Below, piece by piece: positions 24,780 through 35,857 of a stretch of DNA of 64,000 bases (position 1 is the stretch's first letter; the number at the start of each line of letters is the position of its first letter). Below the pieces are notes generated by a model. That model was not told the origin of the DNA. It saw only the letters and a program-made list of their open reading frames with translations, and did not search any database. Origin of the DNA: Octopus sinensis (Eukaryota); the NCBI RefSeq assembly GCF_006345805.1, contig NC_042997.1, forward strand, positions 122,636,001 to 122,700,000, in the 5' to 3' direction. A program made the translations under genes and the position numbers.

Positions 24780-24915
24780 TGTTGCTTACCAACCACATGG
24801 TTCCGGGTTCGGTCCCACTGTGTGGCATCTTGGGCAAGGGTCTTTTACTATAGTCTAGGGCCGACCAAAGCGCTGTGAGTGGATTTGGTAGACGGAAACT
24901 GAAAGAATCTCGTCA
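24780..24915 (+). mobile_element. 5' half of a family C SINE
   Basis: AACCACATGGTTCCGGGTTCGGTCCCACTG..GGGCCGACCAAAGC..GACGGAAACTGAAAGAA then (TA)n. Confidence 0.75.
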
Positions 24916-24927
24916 TATATATATATA

Positions 24928-25719
24928 TAATTTCAACAATTGAGGGCAAAATTAATTAATTATTAATCAATTTCACCAAGTGTTCAGTATGCAAAGGGAC
25001 CATTCAAGGCGAATTCAAATTATTACATTATATAAAAGGGCTTAGTAAAATAAATTACTTTGCCGCATACTGAACTCATTAGAAATAGCAGCTAAAAAAC
25101 TTTTTTAAAGCTATTTCTAATACTTAAAGAAAATCTCTCTCATATATAGTGTTTGCTTAATTCAACTCACAAAAGTTTGGGGGTAAGGACATCGAAAAAT
25201 CAAATGCTAAGGTTATTTGAGAACGTACGTTTCAAGATTAGTCAAAAACAACACTTCTATCATCAGCTCAGAAATTCCTTGGTTTGGATTTGGAAACACT
25301 GAAAATAAGAACATACCCTTTCGAAGATCTGCTCGTACTAACAGTATCAACAAATTCAAATAAGCAAGCGAGAATCTCTGTTCTCCCCTTTCCACCAGCG
25401 TGGGTTAAAAACATCAAACACTATGCCTATTTCGGTAAAATCCGAAGCATTAATCAGAGGGAGATTAATTATAATTCAACAATTGAGGGCAAAATTAATT
25501 AATTATTAATCAATTTCACCAAGTGTTCAGTATGCAAAGGGACCATTCAAGGCGAATTCAAATTATTACATTATATAAAAGGGCTTAGTAAAATAATTAC
25601 TTTGCCGCAACTGAACTCATTAGAATAACAGCTAAAAAACTTTTTTAAAGCTATTCTAATACTTAAAGAAAATCTCTCTCATATATAGTGTTTGCTTAAT
25701 TCAACTCACAAAAGTTTGG
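24928..25719 (-). mobile_element. Partial tandem (543-bp period) retrozyme/PLE-terminal-like repeat, cut by the gap
   Basis: 24928-25180 repeated at 25471-25719. Confidence 0.8.
25218..25270 (-). ncRNA. Type I hammerhead ribozyme, canonical core
   Basis: TGAG-CTGATGA-TAGA..TCTT-GAAAC-GTAC-GTT-CTCA; palindromic stem III AACGTACGTT. Confidence 0.7.
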
Positions 25720-25819
25720 NNNNNNNNNNNNNNNNNNNNNNNNNNNNNNNNNNNNNNNNNNNNNNNNNNNNNNNNNNNNNNNNNNNNNNNNNNNNNNNNN
25801 NNNNNNNNNNNNNNNNNNN
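25720..25819. other. Assembly gap (100 N)
   Basis: Run of N. Confidence 1.
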
Positions 25820-26384
25820 GGTATGTGTATGTATGTATGTGTGTGTGTGTGTGCAGTAGTGTGTGTGTATGTGTGTGTGTGAGTAGGTGTGCGTGTATGT
25901 ATGTGGGTAGGGATGCATGCGAGTGTGGTGGGTATGTATGCATACATACGCACGCGCACATCCGAAGCAAGCCCACACACACGAAGCGCGAAGCGCGCCA
26001 CGCAACAACGCACAAGCAGTACAACGCAAGCCCAAGGGGCCGACCAAGCCCCCAGCGCGCGCCAAGGCGCGCGAGCGCAAAGACCCTCGAACGCCCCGCT
26101 ACGCGGGAATCGAGGATTCATCAGCCAAAACCGGAAAGCAGAAAAGAGGGGGGCTGCCTGGATGCAAAAAGGTGTATGTGTGTGTGCATTCAGTGTAAGG
26201 GTGTGCATGTGTAGGTATGTATGTATGTATGTGCCTACATGTATGTTTGCATGTGTGTGTGTGTGAAGTATGTACGTGCGGTGTGTGTGTGTAAGTGTGT
26301 GTGTATGTATGTGCGTATGTATGTGTGTGTGTATTATATATATATATTTATATATCTGTGTGTGTATGTGTGTATGATTGTGTG

Positions 26385-26575
26385 TCTGTGTTTGTCCCCC
26401 CAACATCGCTTGACAACCGATGGTGTGTTTACGTCCCCGTAACTTAGCGGTTCGGTGGAAGTGACCGATAGAATAAATACTACGCTTAAAAAGAATAAGT
26501 CCTGGGGTCGATATGCTTGACTGAAGGCGGTGCTCTAGCATGACCAGAGTCAAATGTCTGAAACAAGTAAAGGAG
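26385..26575 (+). mobile_element. 3' half of a family C SINE
   Basis: GTTTGTCCCCCAACATCGCTTGACAACCGATG..GACCGATAGAATAA..GGCGGTGCTCTAGCATGACC..GAAACAAGTAAA; tail homologous to 5890-6025. Confidence 0.8.
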
Positions 26576-26790
26576 TAAACGAGATAGTAGCAAAAATGCA
26601 AGAGAAGTTATGTTTATTACACACATATCGACGCACGCATACAAACGCACGTATATATGTGCGTATGTGTGGTGGCCTGTGTGTGCGGTTGTGTGTGTAT
26701 CTGTGTGTGCGTGCGTGCGTGCGTGCGTGCGTGCGTGTTGCCTTTGTGTGCGCGTGTGTGTGTGTTTGCATGTGTGTACGTGTGTCTGTA

Positions 26791-27170
26791 TACAGGGTGT
26801 TCGGGCTAAATTTGATGGCGTAAAAGTTAAGGCAAACAATATCCTATCCAACAATGAAAGTATTTTAAGGTACATCATGTCTTGGAGATAAATTTCTCAA
26901 AGTTACCACTGTCAGCTTCCCCCACAGATCTGGAACCTTGCTGCCGTAGATATCGTGTTCCAACAGTAACTCTCTCCAGTCAGGGATTGATCACAATCTC
27001 CAGTAGCTTCACACAGCCGTCTAAATTGAGTTTCAACCCGCGTTCAAAGATGTGGGATGGAACCCCAAGTGTGAACGGAGACAGAACGCTTGTTGCGTCC
27101 TTTCCCGCCGACATTTTCTCAGTCTACGTTGCAGCTGTCTTTGTCACGTCTTACAGGCGCTACAGTGTTC
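26791..27170 (-). mobile_element. Internally deleted Tc1/mariner fragment, maT/DD37D-like
   Basis: TA-CAGGGTGTT terminus; minus-strand PHIFERGLKLNLDGCVKLLEIVINP*LERVTVG..QQ. Confidence 0.55.
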
Positions 27171-27815
27171 ACAGAGAATTGAGCAGGTGTCATGTTGTCG
27201 CATTCAGTATTCGGCTGCCCAGAGTCAACAACAGTATGAAAGTATATTCCACTAGATTCACTTCAGGTATTCTTTGTGTCTGAAGAGTTTAGATGAAAAA
27301 GGTGTGGGACAAGAAATAGAATAAACGAGATAATTCACTCACAAGCACTGCAATCATTTCGACCAGTCGAGCAACGGTACCTTACAGGTGAGATGCACTA
27401 TAAATAATTCTTATGCATTGTAGGTGCAGATGCAATCTCTCAGGTAACTTTTCAAAGAGTTATTTGCATCTATACAAAATGCATATATGCATTTGTCGAA
27501 TCGACTAAATACTTGGTACTGTTAATGATCTCATGATTTACCACGTCAATATACATTTGATATATATATATATATATGTGTGTGTGTGAGTGTGTGTGTA
27601 TGTGTGTGTGTTTGTGTGTCTGTAGGTGTGTGTGTCTGTGAGTATGTGTGTATGTTTGTGAGTATAAACATATATTTAAGTATAAATGTATATATATATA
27701 TACATACACACATCTTCCTATATATTTATACACATTATATTTGTGTATGTGTATGTATATATGTGTGTGTGTATGCTTGTCTGTATAGATATATATATAT
27801 ATATAGATATATATA

Positions 27816-28213
27816 TACTAGCAGTATCGCCCGACGTTGCTCGGGTTTGTAAGGGAGATAACTATATAAGCATTTTTAGAGATGTAAAGTATAATTGCCA
27901 TCTCAATATGGCTAACCACAAAGGGGGGGTGTTACTGTAGCTTTTTACCTTCTGAGATTTAATAATAAATTTTTAGAGAGTTACTTCCCTTATATATGCC
28001 AAAAATGCATTAAAAATGGGGAAAATTGATGGTAATTTTTTTTTTAATCGTAGACTCATCGTAGACGCGCGCTAACACTCAGAAGGGCTCGATATGAATC
28101 ACGACTATAAGATACCCGGTTTTGGTTAAACTGCACTGCAAAATGTGGGAGTAGTTAGGAATCTAATTTGTAGGAGACAGACAGCACACAACCTCACTTT
28201 TATTTATAAAGAT
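27816..28213 (+). mobile_element. Non-autonomous Helitron/Helentron-like (DINE-1/Lep1-type) element
   Basis: Starts TACTAGCAGTATCG with CCCGA-CGTTGC-TCGGG hairpin; ends GACAGACAGCACACAACCTCACTTTTATTTATAAAGAT; classification from recalled family layout. Confidence 0.65.
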
Positions 28214-28214
28214 T

Positions 28215-28770
28215 ATGTCAGGTCACTTTCGAGTCCTACTGGTAACATGTAACCTAGTACAAACTGTTGCATGGTCGGGTTGTCGGCGATTAAACCGGCA
28301 ACCCCACCAAGCTTGCTTGGTGAGGAGGGTGTTTATTGGACACCCTGCGGGAGGAAAAACAAAACCCGTCAAAAGGCGGAGGAACTCTTGAGAGTCAACG
28401 GCCATCCAATAAATGTCTTAAGGCTGTATCATGCGTGGGGACATAGAAACAATCGGACTGAATGCCCGATCGCGCGGTTAAACCATTGGGAGTGAAGGAC
28501 TCCTAGCCTTTGTTAGGGCATCCTTCTAGGAGAAGGTAACTCAGGTAACTGAGATAACTCAAACATAAAACCTGCGGCTCAGTGGTTACCGATAATGTTG
28601 ACTTGTTCTTCTTTTCGGATTATGGCTGCTGTTGCTTAGTGAGTGGGATTGACTCGGTGCACAGCCTTTCCTCACTTTAAAAACAATCTCCTTGCACAAG
28701 CATTGCACGATAACAACATTAATTAAGCTTCGTACAATGGCCATACTCGAAAACGAGGGGGCAGCCACCA
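28215..28770 (+). mobile_element. GC-richer non-coding repeat resembling an RTE-clade 5' UTR
   Basis: CACCAAG-CTTG-CTTGGTG hairpin, GGGCATCC..CTAGGAGAAGGTAACTC..AAACCTGCG blocks; recognition from memory only. Confidence 0.4.
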
Positions 28771-28804
<34 letters not shown>

Positions 28805-28926
28805 CGTTTATGTATATATATATATATATAATAACAAAGAGTAAAATTAATTAATTAAGAAGTAATCAGTTATTTCACCAAGTAGAATTCGGCATGAAAA
28901 GGATCATTTCATGGTAAGCTTAAGTA

Positions 28927-29146
28927 ATACTTTATAAATAGGGTTCAGCAACGATTTGCTTCACCACATACCGAAGTTTAGAAATAGCAGTCAAAAAATC
29001 TTAGCTACTCCTTCTACTTTAAAGTAGAAGGAATAGCTACTCCTTCTACTTTAACGTAGAAGGAATAGCTCAGACTTTTTGACTGCTATTTCTAAACTTC
29101 GGTATGTGGTGAAGCAAATCGTTGCTGAACCCTATTTATAAAGTAT
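28927..29146. repeat. 71-bp perfect inverted repeat enclosing two tandem hairpins
   Basis: Arms 28927-28997 and 29076-29146; centre has two copies of ACTCCTTCTACTTTAA(A/C)GTAGAAGGAATAGCT. Confidence 0.95.
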
Positions 29147-29162
29147 ATATATATATATTATA

Positions 29163-29206
<44 letters not shown>

Positions 29207-29227
29207 ATATATATTATGTGTGTTGTG

Positions 29228-29266
<39 letters not shown>

Positions 29267-29760
29267 TGTGTGTGTACATATACGCCTTATATTTATACAC
29301 ATTGTACACATACATATGCATGTATGTGCACATATGTATGTAAGTGTATTTATATGCACACACACACAAAGAAACAGAAACACCTATACACACACTCACA
29401 TATTTATATATTTCCGTTTAAAGGAAAAAGTTAAAATAGCTGTGTATCAAACTTAATGTAATTAGATTGTTAAAAGGAAAATTTCCTGCGGTAGTTGCCC
29501 GGTGATAACGTCTCTAATATCAGCTGATATACATAGTGTTAAACATTTTCCATATGCAAATTAGGGATTCGTTCAGAGAGTAACTGCTGCATTTGTTGAG
29601 TATATAAACAGTTTGGCAGCTTCTTTGTCTGGAGATTGTCAGAATTATATAGAACACAATAAGGTTCGAAAATCGATTAAGGTTGTTCATCATATTTTCA
29701 TTCTGCGGAGAAATGGCTAAAAATGTGCCCTGTTTATAATTACACCATATGTTACATATA

Positions 29761-30661
29761 TACGGGGCAGGTGGAAAGTAAGCAGGTATCAGAAAATACT
29801 TATAGAAATTTTAGTATCACTGAAGTAATAATCAAAACATTTTTTAAACAGACAACACTAATGGAAATTTTTTTAATCTTGTTATTGTCTTATCTCTTAT
29901 TATTATTTTCCAGATGGCCGTTTGCCTGACAGTTCAGGAGCGAGCTAAGATAGCAGCACGCTATGAAATGTGGAATACCATTGTTTTGGTTCAGAGACGG
30001 TGGTGTGCATAGAAAAGTAACCATGCAACGGTACGTCCGGAGACAATAAAGATTTGTCAGGCAAAGCTGATGACCATGAGCTCTGTGAACGATGCAAGAA
30101 GAAGTGGTCGTCCAGCGACTTCTCGATCAGTGGAGAACGTGGAAAGAGTGCAAGAAATATTTAATCGCAGCCCGCAAAAATCAACACGTCAAGCATCTCG
30201 TGAAATTGGACTAACAAGACACAGAATACGTACGCTATTGCATAAAGAATTGAATTTTCCTCCGTTGAAACCCCATTATCTGCAGGAGATAAACCGCCCC
30301 GAAAACTGTACTAAACTCTGAAGACCGCAGACGTCGAGAAGTCCAGGTCTCACTCCATTTGATTTTCACATGTGGAGTTATACAAAAGAGGTGTACAAGA
30401 CAAAACCTCCCACACTAGAGGACTTGAAGACACGGATTTGGGAGATTTTCAATGATATTCCAAACGATGTCCTGCAGAAGGTTGTTCATTCCATCCCTGA
30501 CCGTTTGAGGAAACTGACTGACGCCACCGGTAATTACGTTGAAATATGAAGATTTCTTTCATGTTTTCCATGCACCATGTATCATTGTCTTCATTAAATT
30601 TGTAAAAAGGAATATGGATTAATACCAATTTTTAAGGCATACTTACTTTTCATCCACCGTT

Positions 30662-30667
<6 letters not shown>
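29761..30667 (+). mobile_element. Internally deleted Tc1/mariner element with DUF4817-type N-terminal HTH
   Basis: QERAKIAARY..VNDARRSGRPATSRSVENVERVQEIFNRSPQKSTRQAS..; C-terminal RSPGLTPFDFHMWSY..LEDLKTRI; degenerate TIRs GGTGGA..AAAGTAAG. Confidence 0.8.
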
Positions 30668-30706
<39 letters not shown>

Positions 30707-31165
30707 ATGTGTATATGTGTATATGTGTGTGTGTGTGTATGGGGGAAGAAACTAATAAAATGCACATTAGGTATAATAGTAATGGCTTTTTAATAAAAGC
30801 AATGATATATACATACATATAAATTATTTGAGGTGGAATGAAGAAGTATACAAGTCATTATTATGAGTCACAATAGAAAATTGATTCAAAGTCAGTGGTC
30901 AGCTCTAACGAAACCGGCATGACTTTGACTTTCTGTAATGGCTCATAATGATGATTTTTCTATTTCTTAATTCCATTTCAAATCATTTATTTCTATTTAT
31001 ATATCTTTGTCTTTTTTATCGAAAACATCATTACTTTTATAATTGATGTGCATTTTCTTGTTTGTTTTTTAGTTTTCCACTATTTATACTACGTGTAGTA
31101 TATTTTCTCTTTGAACCTGTTTCTATTACATATTATGTTATATGTATATATCTATATGTATATAG

Positions 31166-31365
<200 letters not shown>

Positions 31366-31478
31366 ATATTTCGGAATGGTCATATTGCCAGTTAGCCAAT
31401 AAAAACACACGCACTATATATTTGGTGTTATTTTGCTTCAGTGATATTTATTTTTTACATTAATCTTAATCTTATTTC

Positions 31479-31523
31479 GGCCAAAGTTCTTTCGTCACAC
31501 TCCTGTGACCGCATCAGTGGTCC
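31479..31523 (-). ncRNA. Type I hammerhead motif in PLE pLTR (core CUGAUGC)
   Basis: GGACCA-CTGATGC-G-GTCACA-GGAG-TGTGAC-GAAAG-AA-CTT-TGGCC. Confidence 0.65.
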
Positions 31524-32022
31524 TTTGTTTTCTTCTCACTTACTTGTGTCTCTCCTTACTAACCGTCAGCCATTTTGTATTTCTATTGTATGTCTTCATT
31601 TGCGCATGCTTATATCTCTATGTGCGTCTATGTTTATTTAGTGTGTGTGTGGGGGGGATGCCTGTAATATTTGTATCTTCTGGTTATATACATTCTTGTA
31701 ATTTGCATTTTGTTTTTGTTGTTGTTGCTTTTGTTCTAATTTTGTTCATGTGTTTACATCCACCCATTATTATCATTACATATGCTTGTATGTATGTATA
31801 ACAACAATATTAGTAATAATAATAATAAATCTAATCGAAAAAAAAAAGAATATATATATACATATATATATATACATACATATACATATATATATATACA
31901 TATATACACACATATATACACATATACATATACATATATATACACATATACATATATATAGATATTCATTTCTATTTCTTTAACTACCTGTGTATTTATT
32001 ATGTTTGCAGGATCCACTATTG

Positions 32023-32634
32023 TCATATGTTGTGGTGTGCGCTATTGCTCCATTCTAGTTTTCTATTCAGGCTAGGTTTATTTTCTATTATATGTGTAGC
32101 TTCTGTAATTTGTCTAATTGTTGCATCTGTTCTATGTGTGGACAATATCTTAATCTCTATGTTATTGATTGATCCCCCGTGTTCTTGTTCGGCGTGTTGG
32201 TACAGAATCGATGAACTTTTACGTTCCTTGAGTTGTCTCCAATGTTCATTCACCCGCTCACCAATGCTTCTTGCAGTCTCCCCTACGTATGTTACTGTCT
32301 TGTTACTGCATCGTCCCTCTATACATCTTATACTATAGACCACATTTCTAGCTTTACAGTTTGTTTGTGGGCTAAATCTACATACAGTGCAATAGTTATC
32401 CGTACAGAGAGTTCTACTAAAAGGATAGGTTTCTACCATTATAGATCTGATAGGGTTGCCTGGCTTTTCAACAACCTTAATTCTTAGTTTAAGTTTATCT
32501 AGGGTCCTTCTAAAGCGGTACGCTAGTTCACCTCCAGGGGTGGTGTCAACGAACATGACACTCTGGTATTTATGGCTATCATACCAAGAGTTGGCCTTCC
32601 CTATTTTCTTTTTGTCCTTTCTATAGTGTTCCAT
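32023..32634 (-). pseudogene. PLE linker plus GIY-YIG endonuclease ORF fragment (203 aa)
   Basis: [52 protein letters not shown]. Confidence 0.92.
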
Positions 32635-33093
32635 GACTTGTTCCTATAGAGTGGGCAAATCCCATTCCTATCATTACATAATATATTATCAAATTTCTTC
32701 ATGGCTCCTTTGTATACTCTGATCTTTCCTTATGGCTGTAACCTGAGAACTGCATGCGGTGAATGAAATACTGTATGTGTCTCTTTAATTCTGTAGGCTC
32801 GCACATGCGTGACACATTTCTCATTATTCTGACGAGGTCTGCCATCAAAATATTGAATTGGCATTGCCCGCAATGGCTGAGTTCCGGTGGATCAGGTATT
32901 TTGAGGCCATAGGTTTGGCATAGTATGAATGAAGATTTGGGTTTTATTTTTCACAATTTCTAGCCAGAGTTCAGTGCCTAGTACTGGTAGTCTATGGTTG
33001 GGGTGTTTAGTGGGGTAGTCTATTGTGACCTTAATACTCTGGTGGATGGAGTTAGCTATTTGCTGGATGCTCTCATAGTATTAGTTTCTATTA

Positions 33094-33898
33094 CTATATC
33101 AACATTCTCTCTTGTGGGGGTGCCTTTACTACTATATTGATATCATCAACATAGCGAGAGTACATGTTTACGAGTATGGATTTCTGCAGTAGGCATTCTT
33201 TAAGCCTTCTGTCCCACCATACCATGAAGAGGTTGGCCACATCACCAGCGATACTAACACCGATGGCTGCCCCCTCGTCCTGGGCATATATTTTATTATT
33301 AAATTTAAATGTGTGGCCTTTTAGGGTAACTCTTATACTAGCTCCTAGTGCATGTGCGATCATTTTCTTTACCTGATGGACATTTGCGGGGCTCCGTATG
33401 GCTCTGGTCCATCCGCGCCATCTTTCTATATGTGTCTTCCTAGCCATAGAAGTATTGTAGGCGGTCTACCTCTTAAACATCTACTGGGGCAGAAACTACT
33501 AAGATTATGTTTATCTAAGTATTCACTATTATATGTCAGTCTAAGTAGTAGAGGCCCAGTTCTTCTGTGTCGACATTACAGAACTCCACCTGGCTCTCGT
33601 TGATCATCTCCACGCACTTCTCCACTGCAAAATCTACGTCAATCGATGGGTATAGGGATGCCACATCCATGCTACCTACTATACATCCTGTCAAGTCACA
33701 AGTTTTGTTACAGTCACTGATCCTGCTTAGGAGATCTTCTGTGCTGTCACACACATCAGGTGACATCCTGATTATAGGGCGTATGATCCTTGAGAGGAAG
33801 TAGGAGATTCTGTAATTGCTAGCGATATTCGCTCCACAGACTGGTCTTGTTGGTGGTCCTGCTATAGGGTCAGTAAAACCTTTATGGTCCTTGCGAAA
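33094..33898 (-). pseudogene. PLE reverse transcriptase fragments (frameshifted)
   Basis: RKDHK..PPTRPVCGA, GSMDVASLYPSI, FKFNNKIYAQDEGAAIG, YSRYVDDI. Confidence 0.92.
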
Positions 33899-34088
33899 TA
33901 AGATTAAGATTAATGTAAAAAATAAATATCACTGAAGCAAAATAACACCAAATATATAGTGCGTGTGTTTTTATTGGCTAAACTGGCAATATGACCATTC
34001 CGAAATATAACAATATCTGTTTCAACACACGACTTCACATAAAAAAATCTGGCACAACAAATATTTAAACGTATATATATATATATAT

Positions 34089-34227
34089 ATATATGAATAA
34101 ATAAATAAATGGAGTTGAACGTTTATTCCTTTGGGATAAAACCATGTTGTCTTCGAAACATATGTCGAGAGTAAAGGAATTTTGTTAACATCTTCGTTCA
34201 ACTCCATTTATTTATTTATTCATATAT
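34089..34227. repeat. 33-bp perfect inverted repeat with 73-nt spacer
   Basis: ATATATGAATAAATAAATAAATGGAGTTGAACG at 34089-34121; reverse complement at 34195-34227. Confidence 0.9.
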
Positions 34228-34378
34228 AACACACAAATTTCTGCACATGAACCCGGAGTTTCTACCCTTGGATAGGTCGCTTCAACCGTGTTCCTGACGC
34301 GAATTTGCTACCCTGGTATCGGTTCATCGAATTTTCCATGTTGACGGTAAACATAGTATAATTCATTCACTTATCGAA

Positions 34379-34465
<87 letters not shown>

Positions 34466-35221
34466 TAGATTATTAGAGGTAATGGTTTGAGTACGATCCA
34501 AAGGAGTCAGGTAATGCTGAGAAAGTACTATGGGTAGACTATAGTTAAGCTCCAGGTTTGGTGATTATGTGAATAAGGAGTCCGACGCTGTTCATATATC
34601 GGCATGTGTATATATAAAAATTCAGAATGAGATAAAAAAAACAAGGATGTGAAGATTTTAGAACATTGATAAATAGAACATTTATAAATAGAAGTTCTTT
34701 CAGCTATTCTATTTATAAATATTCTAAACCTTATTATCATATTCGTTTAAGGAAAACGCAGTCTACTCATTTGTGCGCAATGTAGTTACCCTGTCATTTA
34801 CATTCTAAATTCTGAAATATCCTTCAGCGATTTACTACTTAAAATACCTAACCTTCTGTTTCGCCTAAGATAAGTTTCACTTCTGACCATTGGACATAAA
34901 AGTAAACATCTCATTATTTATCTTCCTTATATCAATTTTACGCCAATTCACTGGGAAAGTTGCATCCATTCTGCTCTATTATCTTTCCAACGCGGTTTCT
35001 ATTCTTCATACCGCGTACGACTAATATAGATTAAAAAGGTAAAAGAATTACAGATTTTTTGCTTAATGTTTATACTGTAACACCGATAAATTACATTTCG
35101 AAATGAATACATATCACAAGTTCTAAGCGCGCGCACATACACATAAAGGTATGTCCAATAACATTATACTTGTCCACATCCTCGCGTTGTGTTTACTCTT
35201 TGTTCACGTTTGGATTAACTG

Positions 35222-35296
<75 letters not shown>

Positions 35297-35346
35297 ATAT
35301 ATATATATATAATATATACACTATGTGAAATCGTGTGTTGAAACAT

Positions 35347-35768
35347 ATATTGTTGTATTTCGGAATGGTCATTTTGCCAGTTTAGCCAATAAAAACACAC
35401 ACTATATATTTCATGTTATAAATTACACGAACGTATATAAACAGAAGATACACATATTACAGGCATCCCCGCCACACATTAACTAAACATAGTCGTACAT
35501 ACAGATATACGCATGCGCAAATGAAGACACATACAATATAAATACAAAATGGCTGACTGTTAGTAAGGAGAGACACACAAATAAGAAGGAAGAAAGCAAA
35601 GGACCACTGATGCGGTCACATGGGTGTGACGAAAGAACTCTGGCCGAAATAAGATTAAGATTAATGTAAAAAATAGATAATGCTGAAGCAAAGTAACACC
35701 AAATATATAGTGCGTGTGTTTTTATTGGCTAAACTGGCAAAATGACCATTCCGAAAAACAACAATATA
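35347..35768 (+). mobile_element. Solo PLE pLTR with ~65-bp inverted terminal copy
   Basis: 35412-35768 homologous to 31358-31700 inverted; 35347-35411 inverted versus 35701-35768. Confidence 0.9.
35601..35645 (+). ncRNA. Type I hammerhead motif in solo pLTR (core CUGAUGC)
   Basis: GGACCA-CTGATGC-G-GTCACA-TGGG-TGTGAC-GAAAG-AA-CTC-TGGCC. Confidence 0.65.
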
Positions 35769-35804
35769 TATATATATAATATATATATATATATATAATA
35801 TATA

Positions 35805-35857
<53 letters not shown>

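Noticed and set aside
25960-26110. GC-rich, almost T-free stretch and the 301-aa ORF 25696-26601 spanning it
   Set aside because: Adjacent to the N gap and compositionally implausible for this genome; most likely low-quality contig-end sequence, and the ORF runs through Ns
34240-34345. Minus-strand TCGATGA ... GAAACTCCGGGTT as a hammerhead
   Set aside because: Core altered and no stem I or stem II could be paired
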